Shown here piece after piece: positions 54,050-64,000 of a stretch of 64,000 bases of DNA. Both the position numbers and the translations under genes were made by a program. The stretch spans positions 1,054,001 to 1,118,000 of the forward strand of contig OZ059898.1 of NCBI GenBank assembly GCA_964057225.1, in the 5' to 3' direction. The first letter of the stretch is position 1. Every line of letters begins with the position of its first letter. The notes under the pieces are model-generated. The model made no database searches, was not told where the DNA came from, and was given only the letters and a program-made list of their open reading frames with translations. The DNA is from Auanema rhodensis. Taxonomy: Eukaryota; Animalia; Nematoda.

Positions 54050-57000
54050 TGTGTTATCAGATTTGCGCTAGCTTAAAAATGCACCGAGATATCAACTGAT
54101 ATAAGTTCACACTTATATCCTCGATTTTCACCCTGAAGAATTAATTTTTTCGTTGAATAACATTGTCCATCGTCTTTGCCTTGAAAAAAGGAATCTAAAA
54201 ACATCTACTTTTTGCTAAATTATTTTGAAATTTTTCGAAAAAATTTTTGTCAAAATGTTTTTGGAAGCAATGTTGAGTGTACATGGAAACTCAACATACA
54301 CTAATGCATCATTTTTCAAACGATCATAACTAATTTTTGTATTAAGCGTTTCTCAATTTAGTATAGTGCATTTGATGCGGATTTTTAAGCTGCGTCGATC
54401 TGTGTTATCAGATTTGCGCTAGCTTAAAAATGCACCGAGATATCAACTGATATAAGTTCACACTTATATCCTCGATTTTCACCCTGAAGAATTAATTTTT
54501 TCGTTGAATAACATTGTCCATCGTCTTTGCCTTGAAAAAAGGAATCTAAAAACATCTACTTTTTGCTAAATTATTTTGAAATTTTTCGAAAAAAGTTTTG
54601 TCAAAATGTTTTTGGAAGCAATGTTGAGTGTACATGGAAACTCAACATACACTAATGCATCATTTTTCAAACGATCATAACTAATTTTTGTATTAAGCGT
54701 TTCTCAATGTAGTATAGTGCATTTGATGCGGATTTTTAAGCTGCGTCGATCTGTGTTATCAGATTTGCGCTAGCTTTAAAATGCACCGAGATATCAACTG
54801 ATATAAGTTCACACTTATATCCTCGATTTTCACCCTGAAGAATTATTTTTTTCGTTGAATAACATTGTCCATCGTCTTTGCCTTGAAAAAAGGAATCTAA
54901 AAACATCTACTTTTTGCTAAATTATTTTGAAATTTTTCGAAAAAATTTTTGTCAAAATGTTTTTGGAAGCAATGTTGAGTGTACATGGAAACTCAACATA
55001 CACTAATGCATCATTTTTCAAACGATCATAACTAATTTTTGTATTAAGCGTTTCTCAATGTAGTATAGTGCATTTGATGCGGATTTTTAAGCTGCGTCGA
55101 TCTGTGTTATCAGATTTGCGCTAGCTTAAAAATGCACCGAGATATCAACTGATATAAGTTCACACTTATATCCTCGATTTTCACCCTGAAGAATTAATTT
55201 TTTCGTTGAATAACATTGTCCATCGTCTTTGCCTTGAAAAAAGGAATCTAAAAACATCTACTTTTTGCTAAATTATTTTGAAATTTTTCGAAAAAATTTT
55301 TGTCAAAATGTTTTTGGAAGCAATGTTGAGTGTACATGGAAACTCAACATACACTAATGCATCATTTTTCAAACGATCATAACTAATTTTTGTATTAAGC
55401 GTTTCTCAATGTAGTATAGTGCATTTGATGCGGATTTTTAAGCTGCGTCGATCTGTGTTATCAGATTTGCGCTAGCTTTAAAATGCACCGAGATATCAAC
55501 TGATATAAGTTCACACTTATATCCTCGATTTTCACCCTGAAGAATTATTTTTTTCGTTGAATAACATTGTCCATCGTCTTTGCCTTGAAAAAAGGAATCT
55601 AAAAACATCTACTTTTTGCTAAATTATTTTGAAATTTTTCGAAAAAATTTTTGTCAAAATGTTTTTGGAAGCAATGTTGAGTGTACATGGAAACTCAACA
55701 TACACTAATGCATCATTTTTCAAACGATCATAACTAATTTTTGTATTAAGCGTTTCTCAATGTAGTATAGTGCATTTGATGCGGATTTTTAAGCTGCGTC
55801 GATCTGTGTTATCAGATTTGCGCTAGCTTAAAAATGCACCGAGATATCAACTGAAATAAGTTCACACTTATATCTTCGATTTTCACCCTGAAGAATTAAT
55901 TTTTTCGTTGAATAACATTGTCCATCGTCTTTGCCTTGAAAAATGGAATCTAAAAACATCTACTTTTTGCTAAATTATTTTGAAATTTTTCGAAACAATT
56001 TTTGTCAAAATGTTTTTGGAAGCAATGTTGAGTGTACATGGAAACTCAACATACACTAATGCATCATTTTTCAAACGATCATAACTAATTTTTGTATTAA
56101 GCGTTTCTCAATGTAGTATAATGCATTCGATGCGGATTTTTAAACTGCGTCGATCTGTGTTATCAGATTTGCGCTAGCTTAAAAATGCACCGAGATATCA
56201 ACTGATATAAGTTCACACTTATATCCTCGATTTTCACCCTGAAGAATTAATTTTTTCGTTGAATAACATTGTCCATCGTCTTTGCCTTGAAAACAGGAAT
56301 CTAAAAACATCTACTTTTTGCTAAATTATTTTGAAATTTTTCGAAAAAATTTTTGTCAAAATGTTTTTGGAAGCAATGTTGAGTGTACATGGAAACTCAA
56401 CATACACTAATGCATCATTTTTCAAACGATCATAACTAATTTTTGTATTAAGCGTTTCTCAATGTAGTATAGTGCATTTGATGCGGATTTTTAAGCTGCG
56501 TCGATCTGTGTTATCAGATTTGCGCTAGCTTTAAAATGCACCGAGATATCAACTGATATAAGTTCACACTTATATCCTCGATTTTCACCCTGAAGAATTA
56601 TTTTTTTCGTTGAATAACATTGTCCATCGTCTTTGCCTTGAAAAAAGGAATCTAAAAACATCTACTTTTTGCTAAATTATTTTGAAATTTTTCGAAAAAA
56701 TTTTTGTCAAAATGTTTTTGGAAGCAATGTTGAGTGTACATGGAAACTCAACATACACTAATGCATCATTTTTCAAACGATCATAACTAATTTTTGTATT
56801 AAGCGTTTCTCAATGTAGTATAGTGCATTTGATGCGGATTTTTAAGCTGCGTCGATCTGTGTTATCAGATTTGCGCTAGCTTTAAAATGCACCGAGATAT
56901 CAACTGATATAAGTTCACACTTATATCCTCGATTTTCACCCTGAAGAATTATTTTTTTCGTTGAATAACATTGTCCATCGTCTTTGCCTTGAAAAAAGGA

Positions 57001-60000
57001 ATCTAAAAACATCTACTTTTTGCTAAATTATTTTGAAATTTTTCGAAAAAATTTTTGTCAAAATGTTTTTGGAAGCAATGTTGAGTGTACATGGAAACTC
57101 AACATACACTAATGCATCATTTTTCAAACGATCATAACTAATTTTTGTATTAAGCGTTTCTCAATGTAGTATAGTGCATTTGATGCGGATTTTTAAGCTG
57201 CGTCGATCTGTGTTATCAGATTTGCGCTAGCTTAAAAATGCACCGAGATATCAACTGATATAAGTTCACACTTATATCTTCGATTTTCACCCTGAAGAAT
57301 TAATTTTTTCGTTGAATAACATTGTCCATCGTCTTTGCCTTGAAAAATGGAATCTAAAAACATCTACTTTTTGCTAAATTATTTTGAAATTTTTCGAAAC
57401 AATTTTTGTCAAAATGTTTTTGGAAGCAATGTTGAGTGTACATGGAAACTCAACATACACTAATGCATCATTTTTCAAACGATCATAACTAATTTTTGTA
57501 TTAAGCGTTTCTCAACGTAATATAGTGCATTCGATGCGGATTTTTAAGCTGCGTCGATCTGTGTTATCAGATTTGCGCTAGCTTAAAAATGCACCGATAT
57601 ATCAACTGATATAAGTTCACACTTATATCCTCGATTTTCACCCTGAAGAATTAATTTTTTCGTTGAATAATGTTGTCCATCGTCTTTGCCTTGAAAAATG
57701 GAATCTAAAAACATCTACTTTTTGCTAAATTATCTTGAAATTTTCCGAAAAAATTTTTGTCAAAATGTTTTTGGAAGCAATATTGAGTGTACATGGAAAC
57801 TCAACATACACTAATGCATCATTTTTCAAACGATCATAACTAATTTTTGTATTAAGCGTTTCTCAATGTAATATAGTGCATTCGATGCGGATTTTTAAGC
57901 TGCGTCGATCTGTGTTATCAGATTTGCGCTAGCTTAAAAATGCACCGAGATATCAACTGATATAAGTTCACACTTATATCCTCGATTTTCACCCTGAAGA
58001 ATTAATTTTTTCGTTGAATAACATTGTCCATCGTCTTTGCCTTGAAAAAAGGAATCTAAAAACATCTACTTTTTGCTAAATTATTTTGAAATTTTTCGAA
58101 AAAATTTTTGTCAAAATGTTTTTGGAAGCAATGTTGAGTGTACATGGAAACTCAACATACACTAATGCATCATTTTTCAAACGATCATAACTAATTTTTG
58201 TATTAAGCGTTTCTCAATGTAGTATAGTGCATTTGATGCGGATTTTTAAGCTGCGTCGATCTGTGTTATCAGATTTGCGCTAGCTTAAAAATGCACCGAG
58301 ATATCAACTGATATAAGTTCACACATATATCCTCGATTTTCACCCTGAAGAATTAATTTTTTCGTTGAATAACATTGTCCATCGTCTTTGCCTTAAAAAA
58401 TGGAATCTGAAAACATCTACTTTTTGCTAAATTATTTTGAAATTTTTCGAAACAATTTTTGTCAAAATGTTTTTGGAAGCAATGTTGAGTGTACATGGAA
58501 ACTCAACATACACTAATGCATCATTTTTCAAACGATCATAACTAATTTTTGTATTAAGCGTTTCTCAACGTAATATAGTGCATTCGATGCGGATTTTTAA
58601 GCTGCGTCGATCTGTGTTATCAGATTTGCGCTAGCTTAAAAATGCACCGAGATATAAACTGATATAAGTTCACACTTATATCCTCGATTTTCACCCTGAA
58701 GAATTAATTTTTTCGTTGAATAACATTGTCCATCGTCTTTGCCTTGAAAAATGGAATCTAAAAACATCTACTTTTTGCTAAATTATCTTGAAATTTTTCG
58801 AAAAAATTTTTGTCAAAATGTTTTTGGAAGCAATGTTGAGTGTACATGGAAACTCAACATACACTAATGCATCATTTTTCAAACGATCATAACTAATTTT
58901 TGTATCAAGCGTTTCTCAATGTAATATAGTGCATTCGATGCTGATTTTTAAGCTGCGTCGATCTGTGTTATCAGATTTGCGCTAGCTTAAAAATGCACCG
59001 AGATATCAACTGATATAAGTTCACACTTATATCCTCGATTTTCACCCTGAAGAATTAATTTTTTCGTTGAATAACATTGTCCATCGTCTTTGCCTTGAAA
59101 AAAGGAATCTAAAAACATCTACTTTTTGCTAAATTATTTTGAAATTTTTCGAAAAAATTTTTGTCAAAATGTTTTTGGAAGCAATGTTGAGTGTACATGG
59201 AAACTCAACATACACTAATGCATCATTTTTCAAACGATCATAACTAATTTTTGTATTAAGCGTTTCTCAATGTAGTATAGTGCATTTGATGCGGATTTTT
59301 AAGCTGCGTCGATCTGTGTTATCAGATTTGCGCTAGCTTAAAAATGCACCGAGATATCAACTGATATAAGTTCACACTTATATCCTCGATTTTCACCCTG
59401 AAGAATTAATTTTTTCGTTGAATAACATTGTCCATCGTCTTTGCCTTGAAAAAAGGAATCTAAAAACATCTACTTTTTGCTAAATTATTTTGAAATTTTT
59501 CGAAAAAAGTTTTGTCAAAATGTTTTTGGAAGCAATGTTGAGTGTACATGGAAACTCAACATACACTAATGCATCATTTTTCAAACGATCATAACTAATT
59601 TTTGTATTAAGCGTTTCTCAATGTAGTATAGTGCATTTGATGCGGATTTTTAAGCTGCGTCGATCTGTGTTATCAGATTTGCGCTAGCTTTAAAATGCAC
59701 CGAGATATCAACTGATATAAGTTCACACTTATATCCTCGATTTTCACCCTGAAGAATTATTTTTTTCGTTGAATAACATTGTCCATCGTCTTTGCCTTGA
59801 AAAAAGGAATCTAAAAACATCTACTTTTTGCTAAATTATTTTGAAATTTTTCGAAAAAATTTTTGTCAAAATGTTTTTGGAAGCAATGTTGAGTGTACAT
59901 GGAAACTCAACATACACTAATGCATCATTTTTCAAACGATCATAACTAATTTTTGTATTAAGCGTTTCTCAATGTAGTATAGTGCATTTGATGCGGATTT

Positions 60001-63000
60001 TTAAGCTGCGTCGATCTGTGTTATCAGATTTGCGCTAGCTTAAAAATGCACCGAGATATCAACTGATATAAGTTCACACTTATATCCTCGATTTTCACCC
60101 TGAAGAATTAATTTTTTCGTTGAATAACATTGTCCATCGTCTTTGCCTTGAAAAAAGGAATCTAAAAACATCTACTTTTTGCTAAATTATTTTGAAATTT
60201 TTCGAAAAAATTTTTGTCAAAATGTTTTTGGAAGCAATGTTGAGTGTACATGGAAACTCAACATACACTAATGCATCATTTTTCAAACGATCATAACTAA
60301 TTTTTGTATTAAGCGTTTCTCAATGTAGTATAGTGCATTTGATGCGGATTTTTAAGCTGCGTCGATCTGTGTTATCAGATTTGCGCTAGCTTTAAAATGC
60401 ACCGAGATATCAACTGATATAAGTTCACACTTATATCCTCGATTTTCACCCTGAAGAATTATTTTTTTCGTTGAATAACATTGTCCATCGTCTTTGCCTT
60501 GAAAAAAGGAATCTAAAAACATCTACTTTTTGCTAAATTATTTTGAAATTTTTCGAAAAAATTTTTGTCAAAATGTTTTTGGAAGCAATGTTGAGTGTAC
60601 ATGGAAACTCAACATACACTAATGCATCATTTTTCAAACGATCATAACTAATTTTTGTATTAAGCGTTTCTCAATGTAGTATAGTGCATTTGATGCGGAT
60701 TTTTAAGCTGCGTCGATCTGTGTTATCAGATTTGCGCTAGCTTAAAAATGCACCGAGATATCAACTGAAATAAGTTCACACTTATATCTTCGATTTTCAC
60801 CCTGAAGAATTAATTTTTTCGTTGAATAACATTGTCCATCGTCTTTGCCTTGAAAAATGGAATCTAAAAACATCTACTTTTTGCTAAATTATTTTGAAAT
60901 TTTTCGAAACAATTTTTGTCAAAATGTTTTTGGAAGCAATGTTGAGTGTACATGGAAACTCAACATACACTAATGCATCATTTTTCAAACGATCATAACT
61001 AATTTTTGTATTAAGCGTTTCTCAATGTAGTATAATGCATTCGATGCGGATTTTTAAACTGCGTCGATCTGTGTTATCAGATTTGCGCTAGCTTAAAAAT
61101 GCACCGAGATATCAACTGATATAAGTTCACACTTATATCCTCGATTTTCACCCTGAAGAATTAATTTTTTCGTTGAATAACATTGTCCATCGTCTTTGCC
61201 TTGAAAACAGGAATCTAAAAACATCTACTTTTTGCTAAATTATTTTGAAATTTTTCGAAAAAATTTTTGTCAAAATGTTTTTGGAAGCAATGTTGAGTGT
61301 ACATGGAAACTCAACATACACTAATGCATCATTTTTCAAACGATCATAACTAATTTTTGTATTAAGCGTTTCTCAATGTAGTATAGTGCATTTGATGCGG
61401 ATTTTTAAGCTGCGTCGATCTGTGTTATCAGATTTGCGCTAGCTTTAAAATGCACCGAGATATCAACTGATATAAGTTCACACTTATATCCTCGATTTTC
61501 ACCCTGAAGAATTATTTTTTTCGTTGAATAACATTGTCCATCGTCTTTGCCTTGAAAAAAGGAATCTAAAAACATCTACTTTTTGCTAAATTATTTTGAA
61601 ATTTTTCGAAAAAATTTTTGTCAAAATGTTTTTGGAAGCAATGTTGAGTGTACATGGAAACTCAACATACACTAATGCATCATTTTTCAAACGATCATAA
61701 CTAATTTTTGTATTAAGCGTTTCTCAATGTAGTATAGTGCATTTGATGCGGATTTTTAAGCTGCGTCGATCTGTGTTATCAGATTTGCGCTAGCTTAAAA
61801 ATGCACCGAGATATCAACTGATATAAGTTCACACTTATATCCTCGATTTTCACCCTGAAGAATTAATTTTTTCGTTGAATAACATTGTCCATCGTCTTTG
61901 CCTTGAAAAAAGGAATCTAAAAACATCTACTTTTTGCTAAATTATTTTGAAATTTTTCGAAAAAATTTTTGTCAAAATGTTTTTGGAAGCAATGTTGAGT
62001 GTACATGGAAACTCAACATACACTAATGCATCATTTTTCAAACGATCATAACTAATTTTTGTATTAAGCGTTTCTCAATGTAGTATAGTGCATTTGATGC
62101 GGATTTTTAAGCTGCGTCGATCTGTGTTATCAGATTTGCGCTAGCTTTAAAATGCACCGAGATATCAACTGATATAAGTTCACACTTATATCCTCGATTT
62201 TCACCCTGAAGAATTATTTTTTTCGTTGAATAACATTGTCCATCGTCTTTGCCTTGAAAAAAGGAATCTAAAAACATCTACTTTTTGCTAAATTATTTTG
62301 AAATTTTTCGAAAAAATTTTTGTCAAAATGTTTTTGGAAGCAATGTTGAGTGTACATGGAAACTCAACATACACTAATGCATCATTTTTCAAACGATCAT
62401 AACTAATTTTTGTATTAAGCGTTTCTCAATGTAGTATAGTGCATTTGATGCGGATTTTTAAGCTGCGTCGATCTGTGTTATCAGATTTGCGCTAGCTTAA
62501 AAATGCACCGAGATATCAACTGAAATAAGTTCACACTTATATCTTCGATTTTCACCCTGAAGAATTAATTTTTTCATTGAATAACATTGTCCATCGTCTT
62601 TGCCTTGAAAAATGGAATCTAAAAACATCTACTTTTTGCTAAATTATTTTGAAATTTTTCGAAACAATTTTTGTCAAAATGTTTTTGGAAGCAATGTTGA
62701 GTGTACATGGAAACTCAACATACACTAATGCATCATTTTTCAAACGATCATAACTAATTTTTGTATTAAGCGTTTCTCAATGTAGTATAATGCATTCGAT
62801 GCGGATTTTTAAACTGCGTCGATCTGTGTTATCAGATTTGCGCTAGCTTAAAAATGCACCGAGATATCAACTGATATAAGTTCACACTTATATCCTCGAT
62901 TTTCACCCTGAAGAATTAATTTTTTCGTTGAATAACATTGTCCATCGTCTTTGCCTTGAAAACAGGAATCTAAAAACATCTACTTTTTGCTAAATTATTT

Positions 63001-64000
63001 TGAAATTTTTCGAAAAAATTTTTGTCAAAATGTTTTTGGAAGCAATGTTGAGTGTACATGGAAACTCAACATACACTAATGCATCATTTTTCAAACGATC
63101 ATAACTAATTTTTGTATTAAGCGTTTCTCAATGTAGTATAGTGCATTTGATGCGGATTTTTAAGCTGCGTCGATCTGTGTTATCAGATTTGCGCTAGCTT
63201 TAAAATGCACCGAGATATCAACTGATATAAGTTCACACTTATATCCTCGATTTTCACCCTGAAGAATTATTTTTTTCGTTGAATAACATTGTCCATCGTC
63301 TTTGCCTTGAAAAAAGGAATCTAAAAACATCTACTTTTTGCTAAATTATTTTGAAATTTTTCGAAAAAATTTTTGTCAAAATGTTTTTGGAAGCAATGTT
63401 GAGTGTACATGGAAACTCAACATACACTAATGCATCATTTTTCAAACGATCATAACTAATTTTTGTATTAAGCGTTTCTCAATGTAGTATAGTGCATTTG
63501 ATGCGGATTTTTAAGCTGCGTCGATCTGTGTTATCAGATTTGCGCTAGCTTTAAAATGCACCGAGATATCAACTGATATAAGTTCACACTTATATCCTCG
63601 ATTTTCACCCTGAAGAATTATTTTTTTCGTTGAATAACATTGTCCATCGTCTTTGCCTTGAAAAAAGGAATCTAAAAACATCTACTTTTTGCTAAATTAT
63701 TTTGAAATTTTTCGAAAAAATTTTTGTCAAAATGTTTTTGGAAGCAATGTTGAGTGTACATGGAAACTCAACATACACTAATGCATCATTTTTCAAACGA
63801 TCATAACTAATTTTTGTATTAAGCGTTTCTCAATGTAGTATAGTGCATTTGATGCGGATTTTTAAGCTGCGTCGATCTGTGTTATCAGATTTGCGCTAGC
63901 TTAAAAATGCACCGAGATATCAACTGATATAAGTTCACACTTATATCTTCGATTTTCACCCTGAAGAATTAATTTTTTCGTTGAATAACATTGTCCATCG
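54050..64000. repeat. Right-hand domain with a 5-monomer (1755-bp) higher-order repeat and a 14-monomer-offset duplication
   Basis: AAACAGG at 56294, 61208, 62963; CTGAAATA at 55855, 60769, 62524; AAAAGTTTT at 54595 and 59509 (4914 apart). Confidence 0.87.

Larger units (their letters stand above)
1..64000. repeat. Tandem satellite DNA array, 351-bp AT-rich monomer, ~182.35 copies, head-to-tail, extending beyond both window edges
   Basis: TGTG(T/A)TATCAGATTTGCGC recurs at 1, 352, 703 ... 3511, 7021 and 10531 (period 351). After five 1-bp deletions the 183rd copy starts at 63878 = 1+182*351-5, as observed. No non-satellite sequence was seen. Confidence 0.99.

Noticed and set aside
1-64000. 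Giant repetitive ORF (351 = 117 codons, so frames are preserved across monomers)
   Set aside because: Each monomer has stops in all six frames. Plus strand: TAA25/TGA85, TAG20, TGA48. Minus strand: CTA19, TTA5, TTA24/CTA156.
1-64000. CRISPR array or integron-like cassette array (regular palindromic repeats)
   Set aside because: There are no unique spacers or cassettes; the entire unit is repeated at ~98-100% identity, and no cas or integrase genes are present.
1-64000. SNV pattern as an information-encoding code or programmed diversification
   Set aside because: The variant order is fully explained by nested duplication and conversion; there is no template/variable-region pair or enzyme gene.

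Overview
The whole 64 kb window is one uninterrupted head-to-tail satellite DNA array. It has 182 complete monomers of 351 bp plus a 123-bp partial. About 69% is A+T (hand count: 109 G+C in monomer 1). All monomers are in the same orientation and differ from the consensus at only about 1-6 positions. Five monomers are 350 bp because of a 1-bp deletion in one A-run; this exactly accounts for the last monomer starting at 63878. I find no genes, RNA genes, CRISPR spacers, transposon insertions or inversions, and all six reading frames have stops in every monomer. This is most likely eukaryotic (peri)centromeric or heterochromatic satellite DNA; I cannot identify the organism or family. The informative structure lies at two levels. 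(1) The monomer is rich in inverted repeats, including a ~118-bp symmetric dyad and a competing ~50-bp hairpin across the arbitrary monomer junction. (2) Diagnostic SNVs record nested duplications of 2, 3, 4, 5, 6, 7, 13, 14 and 19 monomers, a possible older ~22-kb duplication, a left-to-right haplotype turnover, and one recombination breakpoint mappable to about 14 bp. I see no evidence for a new gene-encoded system. Notation: pN is the position within a monomer starting TGTGTTATCA, and Mn is the monomer number. All variant calls were read by eye.
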